The notes: generated from the sequence alone by a model not told the origin. DNA of 53,406 nucleotides, filler included, from Catajapyx aquilonaris (GCA_000934665.2; 3 parts of 3 records of this genome joined end to end with filler, not necessarily neighbours in it), one strand, 5' to 3'; counted from the whole stretch's first letter, positions 36,434 through 50,609 are shown. Numbers and translations are program-made.

Positions 36434-39400
36434 ATATGGGCTTAAACTCTGCTCGATTTAGTGAATGTTGGCCCATGCTGGAGAAGCGCGCACATGACAA
36501 AGTGTCACACAGATATTTTCATGAGTCACGGGGATATCCAATCCACTATACATTGACTGGCGAGCTGCACACGCGCAAAATTTAACTTCGATCAGCTAAT
36601 GTCGTAGAATTAGCTTCTGAAAGAAATCGGACTATAATCGATCGTAAAAGCCCACTTTCAATATTGCATTCTCCACCATTCCCCATATTAAAATCGGCGT
36701 ATCTGAAGGGCATCATGTAACCCGGCTGTTAACAACGTGTCATGTGGAAACACAGTTTTGTTTCCTTGTCGGCAGCTGATGAGTTTTAGGTCTGAACTGA
36801 CCGATTCGACACCCGTCGAAGAACAATACCCCAATATTTCAGCAGTTTATAGAGCGGCTGCTGGGAAAAGGGACGTTTATTTCTACCTACGCCCATAATT
36901 TCCTTGGGCTCCCCGGTCCTCCTCAGCAGATTTACAAGGCAGCACAAGAAGTGGCTGCAAGGGGGAAAAAAAAAAAACCAAGAAGAAGAAGAAGAAGAAA
37001 AAGAAGAAGTCGTAATTCGGCCTATGACGTCACAAGTCGCTTTGCATTCCACCAAAAGGCGTGGTGTCGGGTGGGTGGGGCTGCTTCTTCTTCACAGTCC
37101 CAGGGAATTTATTTCCATTTGCCTCCGTGCCTCATTTCAACCTGAGCTATACTGCTTGCCTTGCCTGCCTTGCCTGGCTCGCCCAGAACCACAAGTTTAC
37201 CCCCCTGGCCTGTAAATCGTCCCCAAGGCACAACACCGGGCACCACCTTAGTGCCTGATCCTCATCTTTACTGCCACCTAGTGCTCCATTACCAAATTAA
37301 CATGTTAGAGTTCACCGGCTCAGGTGTGGCCTGCACCGTGAGATTCATTCAATTAAATATTAAATCAGATGCATTGCTCTGTTCAAACATTTGCTAAAAT
37401 CATTTAAAAGTACAAACATATATGATTCCACAGTCGCTTACACTGACTCTAACATAAAACAAAATAGTGCAAAATGGGACCATTCTTCTCAAATTTAAAA
37501 AGCAATATTGCGATATCAATATCATTTTATTATTTCGGCAAATAAGCATGTTCAAGTGCCTAATTGTTCATGCTGCAAACAAGCAACAAAAACTTTGTTA
37601 TTGAAAAAAGCAGCTACCTATAGGCCGAATCAATCCGATTATCACCTGGTCAATCTGGCTAGCTCACTCACGACGCGCTAAAAACACATCCGGGAGCGCA
37701 AATTAATTACACGCACTACATAGTGTGTATAAACCAGGCTTCAATCCCGGTCATCAATCACCGGCTATATTGCAGAGGTCTGAAATAATGAAGCGGAAGC
37801 GATAAAAATCGCGGGTCCAGCCTGATTTCTAAGCCGTTCCCTTGTTCTCAATGGCAGGATTACGGTGGTAATGAGCTAATATTGCCAATCCTTCTCCATT
37901 AGCCGGCCAATTACAAGCGCTGCCGTGATCCCTGCCGTATGCTCCCAAGTCCCCGCCCTTTCCCCAGGCTACATTTGTAAGCTTATTACCAAGGGGACAC
38001 TGCTGCTGTATATACACAAACCCCGCTCTCCTCGCACCAGATCGATCACTCATCCGAGCCAATAAGCCAACCCTCCTAACCGGTATAAGCAGCTTAGTGT
38101 GTGCTCCAAATGACCAGTCGCAAAATAATTCAAAATAATAAAACAAGAATTATAAAAATGCAGCATGTTCCGGAAATGTGGTTAGCGATATTCTGGCACT
38201 AAGCTGCTTCTTAACAGCTATTATTTTTGTTGATGTTGTTGCACTAAATACATTTGTTGCCTTTTCGAATATTATCCCACATTTTGGGATAATATTCGAA
38301 AAGCCAACAGCGAGCCCCTACTCAGTCATCGCATGTCAACAAAATGCCACAAATGTCGCCTCAAATAACAGAGGGAATGTCAAGAGCCTTTCGGTTATCA
38401 CTACAAGGACCCTCAGCATGGTGGTCCCTGGAGGGCTTGCATGCTCTTTTCAGTATAGAAAAGCAGCGAACTGCGTTGCGGTTAAAGACTATTCGTGCAA
38501 AATGAGCAGATGGACCTCTGCTCCAATTACTGCTGGGGAGGAAGGAAGGACAAGGAGTCTTCAAGAAGAGGTTGTGCCCGGGGGTCTGGCCGGGGAACAA
38601 TGAGGCTTGTGTTTCCAGGAGATGGGGAGGAAGTAATTGGGTATGTCGGTGATGACCCGTGGGTCTCAAGATGGGCGAACTGCAGTACACAAAAGGAGCA
38701 GTCCGCCAGCATGTCTTGGATGCATTCCAGAAGGTTGCGCGCGGTGTCATACAGGGTCTGGCGGAGAATTTGTGGCCAAAACATGTCATTGAGTTACGAC
38801 CCATCAGAATGGGTCACAATGATACACACAAATTCCGTTTGTCCTGGAAAAGACTGTTGTCTCCATGGTTGTTGGCCCCAGTTTCCATTCGCATTTTACA
38901 TAGCACATGCTGGTGGCTGCTGGTCAATTCTAAGACTGTGAGTGAATGCCCAACTTAGCTCCGGTAGAAATCGGGAATTATACGAAATGGGAGACCAATC
39001 CGAATCAATTTCCGACCTGCCTGGAGTGAGCTATCAAAACAAACTCACCGACCAAACACAAATCGGTTATGCCACCCTATCGCACCGATCCAAATCCAAA
39101 AAATCCGGCGTGTCCCCCCAAAAGAAAAGGCAAAAACCCGGACCTTCACGAAGGACAAGTGTTCACCTTTTTGTCACCGTTTACAAGTGTAGGCAGGGAG
39201 CGAAGGTTAATGAGGCAGTAGGCTGAGTGGCGGCCCTGTGACAACACCAGAGTCGAAAATTGTGTTATGGCTTCTCTCCCCCTATATCCAACCGAATGAG
39301 AAGAGCAGCCTTAGGAGAAGGCATGCGGCTTTAATTTCATGGCTCTCTGCCCGCCTCACAAGAGGGCCAGGGGGGCCAAAAGGAGTCTCTCTTTTTCCTC

Positions 39401-40895
39401 GACCCCTGGGCAGCCGGCCACAATTTAATGGCTTCGCCGTTTGCCTTTTATTCCCGCGGGTGAAAAAGGACCGGTGAGCATATTTCACGCGGATGTCTTC
39501 GTAGCAACCCCTCCGATTGTTGTGGCATGCAAAAGGCATGACGGTTTTGTCAGGGGGGTTTTTTGGGTGGCGGGAGGGAGGGAGGGAGAGAGGGAGAAGG
39601 GGGGGCCCCTTAGGGACACCAAGCTGGGCAAGGGGCAGATTTATCGTCATCGGAGCCGATTTATGGAGGCGAGGGGGGCAAACGGAGGGAAGAGAGAAGA
39701 GGCCGCAGCCTCCCACAGGGACAGAATTGTGCTTCTTTTACTTCCCCCTCAATCCAAAGCACACCCCACCTAAAAGCTGGAGATTTCTTTACATCCGCAC
39801 CCCTTCCGGTTTCCATCCCATAAAAAAATTAGGCCTACAAATTCGTATGCTATATGTGCAGGGGGTCGAGACCTGCCCCAACAGGCCGTAACACGACACC
39901 AGTAATAATCGAATACATCCATAATAAAATAGCCGTGAGCAAGTGACACACGACGTGCATGCAGTTACATCCAATCTAATGAGAACGTGAGGTGCGCGAC
40001 AGGCACAAAAACCAATCAAAATATTCCGCATTTTTCAACCGAACAGGCATGAATAATGCGTGCCCGGCGTTAATTTATGTACAACACCAACAAGTTATGG
40101 CCAAACCTTTATTCATGCAGGCAGTGCCCAGGTGTAACGTTAAAATTCCATAAACCGAATCCTACATTCCTCACAAAAAATACCAAAGTATACCCACTAA
40201 ATTAATTCGTTGCAAGACCAGCAATGGCAAACGACAATATTGATTTCAAGATAATATGAAGCTTGATTATTGCATTACCTACAAGTGTAATTAATGGGAC
40301 ACTATCCACCTCAACAAATAATAACAATTATCCGTCGGAGCATGTAGCTCACCAAATTGTGCAGCATCAAGGCGGTGCTCCTCCAGGCAAAAGCCACAAA
40401 TCAAATGGAGCAGTGATTCAATAGAATCTGCAGGGGGATTGACCGTGGATGGTAGCAAGAATCAAGAGGACTGCTTGCTGCGCCTCTCCCCTGCTCTTTG
40501 GGTGGATGGGTGTGTGGGGAGAGGCCCCCTTGGCGCCAGGCTCAGTCAAATGGAAGAGCAGCCCTCCCATCCCGAGCTTCCTTCCGCACTCCATTCACCC
40601 CGTCGCTATCGCACATTGCTCCGTTTTATCAGCACACCCAACCCAAACCCTTGCAAATTGCTCACCTTTTTGCTCATTCATATGCTGCTAGGCGCACAAG
40701 GTCGGGGCACCCTGACAGGTATGCGCAAGGTCGCTGGTAAATCAATTTGCATACAGAGGCTGCAGGTGTCTCTGCCACTCATAGTGATTACATCAAAAAT
40801 GAAACCTATAACGAGAAAGCAGTTAAAAATTAAAATTGAGATACATAATTCAGAATTAAAAATTTCCATATTTTAATACTGTTTCTGTTCGACAG

Positions 40896-40966
40896 CCAAT
40901 TAGGTGCATTAAAGCCACGTAATTTGTACTCAGTACAAATTACGTGGCTTTAATGCACCTAATTGG
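40896..40966. repeat. Perfect palindrome, 35-bp arms with a 1-nt spacer
   Basis: CCAATTAGGTGCATTAAAGCCACGTAATTTGTACT-C-AGTACAAATTACGTGGCTTTAATGCACCTAATTGG. Confidence 0.95.
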
Positions 40967-43900
40967 TCCTAAAAATAATTACCCCACAATTGGCTCATTG
41001 AAGTACGGCCAGATGTATCCTGCCCTGATGCAACCCATTCGCCAGGCCCATGTTGCGGGTCGTATGCAGCCAGGGTGTAGCTCAAAGGCGTGAAAAATAA
41101 ACTACATCGACGTCCCAAATCGACTCTAAAAAAATGACTTTGAGAGGAGGGGTTCCCCTTAAAAAAACCGAAAAAAAATGTGGAAAGGGGCGGGTGTGTA
41201 GAAAGCGTGGCTTCCTCCTCCGATAGATCCCCGGTCTCCTCAGCATCTCTTTCCCCCTCCCATCCAACTCCGTGAGGAATTAATGGGGCTGAAAAGTAGG
41301 GAGGTTTTGCCATTGGCGGGGGCAAATGAGGAATGCCGGCACTCCGACTCTGCCCTGCCCTGTCAGATGCAGAAGGCAACCCACCAAATCCACCCCTCTC
41401 CTGCCCCCTATACCAAGCAACCAAAAGGGAGAACCAGGAGGGGAGAAAAAGAGGAGGCGGGTCCGGACAATGTAGGGTCATCAACGGCGCCCTTGGTGGC
41501 AAGGGTTACGTCATCCTACTCTCCGGGACTTTTTACTAAACACTTGCTTTTTTGGGCCACAAAGCAACTCTATTAGCGGTCACTACCATTCCGCAAAAAA
41601 AAAGGTGGGAAGCAATATTTACCTCAATAACAAGGTTCATTATTTTGTACAGTTCAGAGATAATTCCATTGAAAATCTCAAGCAAAATTTTGGGCTCGAC
41701 ATACGCATACTGTAGAACCAGCAGGATAAGTCTAGCCCAAAACTATTTTTGACACCAATCAAGAAGTTCGAGTGATCGGAGAGTATAGCCAGGTCCATTA
41801 GCCTTCTAAACTCTAAACTATCGCAATTTCCCATCACCTCTCCAAATCTGCGATTGCATGGCTAGTGTTGGAAAATATATAATAAAAAACCCTATCCTTC
41901 CTCCGTGATTGATTGAAAGGATGAAAAAGGGTTTGATAAAACATGCAACGTGGGTAGAAGTGACCTCTCCGCCACGATTTCCATCTCTATAAGGCTGGAA
42001 AAGTGGGTAGCAGGTGCGATCCAATCAGGCACGCTCCTTGAAACGTAATACATCACCATCACTTGGAACTTGATGGGCCAACATGAGCCTCCCAAAGTGA
42101 TGCTAGCCAACGTTTCACATCCAGCTACTTGAAGCCATCTTTGTGTCCTTTTAAGTTGCTATATCTTATATGTGCTCTTTCTCTCTCTCTCTCTCTCCCT
42201 CCATAGGACCCCCTTCCGAGTTCGTGATGCATGGAGGCTGACGACATCATAAATATTTTCATTGATTGGTGGAGGAACCATGCTGGCAAGGAATGGAAAG
42301 CCCAGCGGCCACGCGCAGACATGGCACTTGGAACAATGCACCATTCTCATGTAGGCTACAGAATTCTCTAATGGGCCAGATCTACAGGGTGTCCGCAACC
42401 AGCCCAAAAACCTTGTGGTGTAATGCAACAGATGATGCCAAATATCCTGGCAAACTGTTTCTACCTCTATGCCACATGTGCTTCTCAGTTTAGTTGTGGT
42501 ACACCTTGTGCCATTACACCCCTCGCATAATACAGGCTAGATTCCACGTCAAGTCAAACGTCAGTTGATTTGCGTGGTTCCCCAGTTTAAGTTGCATTAA
42601 TCCCCCCCCCCCCCCCNATTAGCAAGCTACCCCAACTGATGCGGCTGTCATACCCAGGCGGCTCAGACAACCTTCATTACCTGTCCAAGCCACAGTGGCG
42701 GCTGCGAGAGAGTCGCGTGCGCATATATACTGGACCTGCAAAACCTCCCCTATTCTCTATAATATGGACCCAATCATGCGTGGGAAGTCCGCTTCTGGTG
42801 GGGACGCCCCCGTCCTCAAAATATATTTTAAAAAAAACCTTCACTATGTGCAAAAATATGACGTGGTGCGCATCCCCTTGTCAAAAGTGGCGGTGGTGGT
42901 CTCTATATACCCCTGGCTAGAACACACCCTCGTTGTTTGCAGGCCGCTCGCCGGCATAAAGCCCTTAACTACGCCCGGATGGAGTTTATGCTTCGGCATA
43001 TTCCCCTCCCCACCCACCCTTCATATCTCCCTCCACCTCCCCAAAGAGACGCTGTCGCCGCGTACAGCCCATCAACCCGCTGCGGGGGTTCCCCCAACGG
43101 GAAAACTCGTGGAGGGAATGGTGGGGGGATTGAGGGAAGTGGCAGCAGGAAGGAGTCCGCCACTATACCCCAGTACTGCCAGCTTCCACTGAAGGGAGGG
43201 AGGGAGGGAGGGAGGGAGGGAGGGTGCAATATTGGCACTGGAGGCTTCCAACAAAGGCGGCTTATCCAGAGATTATCAGTGGGGTTTGGGAAAATGCTGT
43301 GTGGGGAAATGCGCTTAACAAGCTTGCTCGCCAATGACATGTCTGTGCAGTGTCGTCCGGCGGTGGAATATATAGGAGCCCTATTCACATATAGCCACTA
43401 CCAGGTGGAAATTAATTAATATATATGGGATCCCTGCTGTGCGTATATGTGAACCACCCGAACTGACCCGAATTGTATGCACAAGTTCAAGTTTTTTCAA
43501 GTTTAGACTTACGTCATCCATATTGTCATTAAGCGGCAATACAGGCGAACTGGAACAAATAGTCATATAAAACTATTATAGCTTTTTAATTTTCTGTATT
43601 ATCCTCCATACGCCCGAAAAAGTAAAATTTTTGCCGTGCCTATTTGAAGTTTCTTTGTGCCTATTTAAGTTCCCATTTGAGGGTTTTTTGCGCTTATTTC
43701 GGGGTTTTTTCGTGCCTAAAAATCCGGACTCTTGTCATAAGCTAATTTGGCTTAACTGTTAGTGGGGAAATTTTCTAATTTGAGTATAAGTTTGGCAGTA
43801 AGGCGATATAAATGGATAGTTAAAGGAAGCTCGCAAGTCTTAAGGCGCACAAAGTAGGAGGCAGTAGATTTAGGGACTCTGGATAATTTTTCCAAAAATA

Positions 43901-44862
43901 TGGTTTGTCAGGTTTGAGCCTGATTGATGGCAGCAAGTTGGCGTATACCCCAGACCGGAACACCGTATAATAGGACTGGAAGGATCTGTGGGTTAAGTAG
44001 TTTCAGAGCCGTTTTAAGATCACACACTTTCAGCTTTATAAGTTAGTGTTGACGTGTAGTACAGTATTATAGTAATAATAAAAATAATAATGCAACGAAA
44101 ATACTGCTGAAATGTGCTAGGAGCATCTGAACATTAGTAGGCTATATTATCACTCCCCCCACCCCCCACTCCCACCCCCAAAATCACCTGTAAATAACCG
44201 GAGTATAGAATACACGCTCTGGGAAAAAAGTTCAAATTATCTCAAACTGTTGATACATGTCTAACAGAATTTGTAAGTTCAAATGCTTTTTGTGGATTAT
44301 ACTGTAATGGTTTTGGAACACATTAGGGACATTCTTCTCCACTCTTGTGTGTAATAGAGCACCTAACACACATCAATGGATCTACCATTTTTAGTTGCTC
44401 GATTTAATTGCACATCATTATGACTGCCTGTATTGGACATGAAAACTTTGATACACATTGTAGAACAACATGTTAAAAAATTGGTTCCAGGACTTAATTT
44501 CATGCATGGTTCACTTTTTGGGGGTGGGCATTGCAATGGGGCAGTAAACATTAAATAAGGTTCACCCGTTCTGGCTTTGGTCCTACACGTGAAGAATATT
44601 TTAACTGGTATATATGACAGGTATCTGCCTACAGCGTAGTACCTACATCAAATAGAATTCCCCATAGAGAGCATAGGTCAGTAGATTCGCTCCAGAAAAT
44701 GATGCTCAATATTAATTTTCACTCTACACTGCTGTGCATACAAACATGACGTCTAGCAGTGCTAATGCCACACAACAGGTTGCTACTGTAAAATGACTTG
44801 CCTCAAGGCTACCTGACACTAGGCACAAGGTCACATTATTACTGCATTGATAATATTATTAA

Positions 44863-45144
44863 CACTTAACTGGTGACCTGGGGCCTTTCAACACCCCAGG
44901 TGCAATTTTTTTGTTATAAAATGTTTAATTGTAGTTAGGTATATGATTTTTTTAATTCCGTTCTACGGCAGCTAGAGAGTTGAAAATTAAACTAAATTGT
45001 AGTAAACAGTTGCAGGTGTCGTGTAAAAAATTAAAAATCAAATATTTATCATTAAAGGCAATTTATATTTAAAAAATCCCCTGGGGTCTTAAAACACCCC
45101 AAGTCACCGTGAGTGTTAGGATTTTCCAGGTCACTAGTTAAGGG
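44863..45144. mobile_element. piggyBac-like MITE
   Basis: TTAA|CACTTAACTGGTGACCTGG...CCAGGTCACTAGTTAAGGG|TTAA. Confidence 0.85.
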
Positions 45145-45992
45145 TTAATTATCATTGTGCTTTGTCCATCAAACAATGTCTGCCATCAATGAATGATTGT
45201 ATTGAGTGTAATAATCGTTGTAATAATACAAATTATCTTACCAAAAGCCCTTCTTCAGATAATCTCTGTGCAACCAGTAATTCCTGGCTTTCCGACCACA
45301 CTTCATACAGTCTGTGCATGGCCACCGTATACTATACCGTACAGTACATAGGCCAACAGTGGTCAATAATCCCTACAATAATTCAAGTAAAACGCCCCAT
45401 TACCGGCGTGTGGAACTCAAGGCGGGGGCGTCGGAAGCCATGACCTTGTCCACAGATGACCTCACAGCTCTAGCCAAGGGTACCACACTCTCAGCTGACG
45501 TTCGGCCAGAATTCATCAGTGCCGCGACCCCGCGAGCAAAAAGGGTTCAAGTTGATACCTGATGCGATGTGACGACGCAACATTCAAGCTAGCTCAATCT
45601 GGCCGCCATTTTCATGCAGTGACATTCGCGCCGGGTGCCAGACAAAAGCAGGCCGGGTGACCTACTTAGCAGGTGTCATTTTGCTGGCAAGGGTTCACGA
45701 AAGATGTGACTCGTAATATTATTTGAAGCTTAATTTATAACTAGCAGTATCGGAAACGGCCAACTGATAAAATGTACGGTGCCCAGAGTGCGATTGAGTA
45801 CGAAAACTCGTACATAAATATTGTGATTACGTACGTGTTAAAAATGGTATTGTGTGCAACAAAAAGACCCACTTGAATAATCCAACTTCCCGCAACTATT
45901 TTCGATCCATACTGACTCGGGTATGGCTGCACTAGTTACGTAATCAGCCACGGGCATGGAAGGAGGCAAATCAGGCGAGAGTTGCCAAGGCA

Positions 45993-46065
45993 GCCGGGAT
46001 AGCTCAGTTGGGAGAGCGTTAGACTGAAGATCTAAAGGTCCCTGGTTCGATCCCGGGTCACGGCA
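45993..46065 (+). tRNA. tRNA-Phe: tRNA-Phe (GAA)
   Basis: 73-nt cloverleaf matching the metazoan tRNA-Phe body (TAGCTCAGTTGGGAGAGCGTTAGACTGAAGATCTAAAGGTCCCTGGTTCGATCCCGGG); one acceptor-stem mismatch. Confidence 0.93.
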
Positions 46066-46071
46066 GCACTC

Positions 46072-46080
46072 TTTTTTTTT
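46072..46080 (+). terminator. Pol III oligo-T terminator
   Basis: T9 starting 6 nt after the tRNA. Confidence 0.8.
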
Positions 46081-47429
46081 CTCGTTTTTATATTCCGCCC
46101 GTATCACAGCAGCACATTTTGACACGCTGCTTACTCTTTTTATGCTCAAACAAATTTAATCTACTTATCCCAATGCAGCATTGAATAACTATTTGACAAT
46201 GACTCGTCAAATGAAATCGCCATTGACAAGTCTCATAACATTTGGATTAAGCATGTTGCATATGATGATGAGGTTTGTATAGCACATGTGCCTCTCCCCT
46301 AGCTTCGCTTTAAGAAGTGGTCGCCTCGAATAATCCTGGCCTTGCAATCGTGGCCTGTGCAGGCTGGAAAAGGCTCATTTCCATATTATTACCTCGGCCC
46401 TCACCCGCCATGTCAAGCCAGTTAATCCGAGAGGCCGCCGTTTGCCTAAATGATGATAAATAGATGGGGGCAGATTGGGCAGTTCTGATGAAATCGGCCC
46501 ATTCTCACCAGCTAATCTAATTATTCCTGCACTTAATCCCTGGTTTTGGGGGTGACTGGAAGGGGGGAAGAGAGGAGGGAGGAAAAAAAGGGGTGGTAGT
46601 AGGGAGGGAGTTAGGAAACCCTACTCATGGTTCTTTGCCATCCAGTCCATCTGAAATTCATTGGTTGTGGAGGATGAAGGGGAAATGAAACGACTCGAGG
46701 GTGCAATGTGAATTAATTTTCAGGCTTGACTTTTATTGTCGTTTTATGGCACAACTTTTTGATTGAAAAACGTGCATAAACAAGGCTGTAAAAAAATCTC
46801 AAACTCAGCCTCACTGGTATTGAGACTTCAGAATTGATCACGTTGCACTGAAAGTCAGCAAAATATTAGAATGTTACAGCCTCGTGCAGTCAAACCATCT
46901 CCTTCTCCAGCACTGGGCATTGCAAAATATGTCTGCGTCATATAGTGGTATACAATATCTGTTCAGTTACTTCTCGTCCTAAATTAGATGCTATTTCAGC
47001 AGTGAGATCGTGGGATCTGAATACAACATCCAGGTCCAAGAGAGATTCCGATGCAGGGAGAGGCCCAATCCTTTTCCTAAAGTAACTGCTTCATGTAACA
47101 CACATGCAGGATGCTGCATGTTAGCATAACACTAACATTTCAATATCAAAATGTTTTCATTCAATGCTTGGTGAACCACAGGTAAGAAATTCTGCAGACC
47201 TGTGTGCCTCCTTGTCTTTTTCTTGCCATCAGTACAGGTGAACTTTATGGCCTTCTATATTTGTCGCTACACGGACCCAGTTTCATCTCCAATATATCGG
47301 TAGTTGCGATTTGTGATGCTTTGTGCACCGGCTATTTATACAGTATGTCTAGATAACATAGGCAAAGCATTATTCTAAGTTGGAGAGTCCATAAAGAGTG
47401 ACTTTGGCAGGTAGATCCAAATTTTATAT

Positions 47430-47603
47430 CTAATACAGACTGATAAAAGCCTCACTGGCCCAGTTTGACACACACATGCTTACAGTATTAAATTAGTAGC
47501 ACTGAACATTCAGATATGAATTATTTGTACCCATGGGGCACAAGAATAGATAATCATGATTATGTCAAACTTGGTCAGCAAGGCTTTTATCAATCTGTAT
47601 TAG
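47430..47603. mobile_element. Small TIR element with ATAT TSD
   Basis: ATAT|CTAATACAGACTGATAAAAGCC...GGCTTTTATCAATCTGTATTAG|ATAT. Confidence 0.7.
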
Positions 47604-47861
47604 ATATTAGATATGGAATTTGAACAAATCACTCCTTAGAACGTCTTGTTCAAAATTTGGAGGATGGTAACTGGTAGTGGCTCAGCTGTAATTTTAGAAA
47701 TGTAACGCGAGAGAGCTTCTGGACCCCAAATGGCATCTACACCTATGGTATCACCCATAACATCTGCACAGGTTCTCCTCAATATCAAGTAAATCACACT
47801 CAGACACACCTAAATGCAGTCAATAATTCTACAACTCACACCCTATGACCTGGGAATGATG

Positions 47862-48723
47862 CAGTTGGACCTCCACATCTATGGGTTTCCCATCCACAGA
47901 TTTAACCAGCAGCAAATTGAAAATATTCGAAAATGCAAAAAAAAATCCTGAAAGTTCCAAAAAGCAAAATTTGAATTTGCTGTGCAGTGAGCACTACAAT
48001 CCCATAAAATTACTATTTACACAGCATTTACATGCATGAGGTATTTTTTAAGGCAATTATTTACAGCTCATGGGAAGATACGCTTATGTTATCTGCAAAT
48101 ACTACACCACTTTATACAATTGACTCTACATATAAGCCTAGGCTATAAACAACCCTCGGTCATCGCCAACTCAAAAGGCTGGTCCCACCATACTTCCATG
48201 TACAGTACAGTGGGGCCAGTGCACTTGGGACATAGGGGCCGTCTAGACGGGCCGACCTTAGCCGCGGCTGGCACCGGCACCGGCCCCGGCACCGGCTTGC
48301 GGAGCCACGGCTGGCCACGGTACCCGTTCAGACGGGCACACATTTTAATAACAGCCACCCGCATTTGTAATAGTGGCCGGTAGTCATGGCAGCGACGAAA
48401 AACAAGTGACGCGCAGTATCCGTCGCCGAGGCCAAGCCGTGGCCAAGCAGCGAGCCAACTTCCAGGAAGTCGGCCAACTTGGCCGACTTCTGAGCCGTGG
48501 CCTGGCCGTGGCCGTTGCCGTGTGAACCGTCGCGGCCTCGACCAGCCCCGGCTGGCCGCGGCTAAGGTCGGCCCGTCTGGACGGCCCCATAGTAAACCTG
48601 AGTTATATGTTACTGATTTCCACGGCCCCTTGAAGTCTCATATCCAGAGTCACCTGCATTGTAAGGAACTTCAACATCAGCAGATCCGGGAACCAATCCC
48701 CCATGATACAGAGAGTACCATTG
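47862..48723 (+). mobile_element. Tigger3/MER-like pogo MITE, split by a nested Tigger-type MITE (48117-48656)
   Basis: Blocks AAAGTTCCAAAAAGCAAAATTTGAATTTGC, CTATTTACACAGCATTTACAT, GCAAATACTACACCAC and GGAACCAATCCCCC resemble the Tigger3 family as I recall it. Confidence 0.65.
48235..48588. mobile_element. GC-rich PIF/Harbinger-type MITE
   Basis: ATA|GGGGCCGTCTAGACGGGCCGACCTTAG...CTAAGGTCGGCCCGTCTGGACGGCCCC|ATA, 3-bp TSD. Confidence 0.8.
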
Positions 48724-49964
48724 CACATCTGAAAATTTCTCATGCAAGTGATTTTGATGCATCCATGTGGTAGCCACAAAATATCACACACTTGCTGAAA
48801 ATCATGTGCTTCAGAATATCCTGGGGGTGGAAAGTAAGAATAACTTAGCAACCTTACCACACCTAGCCTCCTGCAGCACATTCAAGATTCTTGGTGATTC
48901 TCTTGCTATCAAAGGCAGCATGCTCACCATCACCGCCCTGAAAAATAGACAGCAACACCATGTAAATTTGCCTTGAAAAATTAAATGAAACACCCTTCCA
49001 AAGGAGCTGTCAAAAATTACTTGACAGCTTAGGGCTAACTACACAAAAGATATTTTCCGACAGATACTTTCTTCTTTCCTTAGCTACCCTGAAAAACACA
49101 AATAGTGTCATACCTGCATCCCAGGATGTAACTAGTCGAATGTGATATTTCAGCACAAGTCAGATTTAGCAAGTACCTGCATAAAATGTCTCTTGTGTAC
49201 AGCCAACTTTAAAAACTTACTTGACACATTGGCACTAATTTGAAGCTTCAACTTCGATATTTTGTTTAAAATTTTGAAGCAGAGGCCTATGCCATGTAAA
49301 TCTGGGATTGTGCAAATCTAGTGTCTTTCTTATCCCACTATGGATTGTAACTAAACCAGCCATCCATATTACAGCACCTTGTCTTTGGGATCTCAACAAT
49401 GTGGCACTACAACAGATCTCCCACACTATGGAGTGGCAAGACTGCACCGTATGTCCACAGACGTCCCAAGAAATTATGAACCCAGCAAGTTAACGTTAAG
49501 CTGTCACCTTCACAAGATGAATTCAGAACACCAGTCCACTCATGTAAATTCTGCTGGGTATAACTTTGGACTGAATCATCAACTTCTACCAGTAGCCACA
49601 GCACCTGAGCAGTTAGCATCTGGTGCCTAATTCCCTCGACATCATTCTCAAAGCAGGGTTCAATTAATCCCATTCTCAACACAATTTTTAAAACTGATTT
49701 CCAATATCGCCACATTAAATGCAGTAATGCATAAGCTATGCATTACAAGCAAATATGTGCTCGCACACATCCTACTTCTTACTTGAATATATTTTTGTGT
49801 GACTTCACCTACCTGTCAGGTATATTAAGTTCAGGCAAAATTCAGTGCATAGACTTGCATGTTCACCTATGTCAAACATTAATCACGGAAACTGAAACTG
49901 TTACCAGAGCATCAACCCTACCTATCATTGGATCTTGGGAAATAAAAGTTGCCATATTCTAGGC

Positions 49965-50138
49965 CAGTGCTTCCCAAATTGTGGGTTGCGAGGGAGGGTA
50001 ACAAATTATTTTCACAAAATTACGCTATCTTTCTTGAAAATCATGACCATAAGGTAAGGTCTTTTCACATATAGGGGGGTCGCAAATTTTACAAGACGAT
50101 TTTTTGGGGTTGCCAACAAAAGAAATTGGGAAGCACTG
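49965..50138. mobile_element. hAT-Charlie-type MITE
   Basis: CAGTGCTTCCCAA / TTGGGAAGCACTG; perfect 8-bp TSD TTCTAGGC. Confidence 0.9.
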
Positions 50139-50609
50139 TTCTAGGCAATCTCTTGCCACGTGACCATATTCATGTTTAGGAGAATTTCCGCAGAAGTCAT
50201 GGCCATTATTTACCTGTTATTTCATCAATAAGTGCTTCAGTAATACAGTAAAGTTCTACAAACCATTCTAGCCCTCCAGCATTGATGCAACAACTGCATT
50301 ATGCATAGTCAATCTGGCAAACTGTCTGAGGTTTAAAATCATTGAGACTCCTGATAAGCAACAATACCATATACTGCACTTCATTGAGAAGGGAAACTTC
50401 CTCATATGGGCTGACTCTCATGTCATGGTGCTCGTGTTATTACTTAGAAACTTTACAATGGTGAACACCACATAAACTTGGTCTTAGAACATGATCAAGG
50501 TATGTCAGCGTATGCACAAGCCAAACACATCTTGCCTGGACCACATTTCAAACATGTCTTTGCAAAATACATTTTATAGCTTTCAAGAAGCCTCTCAGGT
50601 GAGACTAAC

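Noticed and set aside
36760..36830. Hammerhead ribozyme at CTGATGAG
   Set aside because: No properly placed GAAA or closing stems found by eye.
39238..43419. Many overlapping 100-177-aa ORFs in GC/purine-rich DNA
   Set aside because: Low complexity, no domains, no consistent splice pattern; may be regulatory DNA but I cannot support that.
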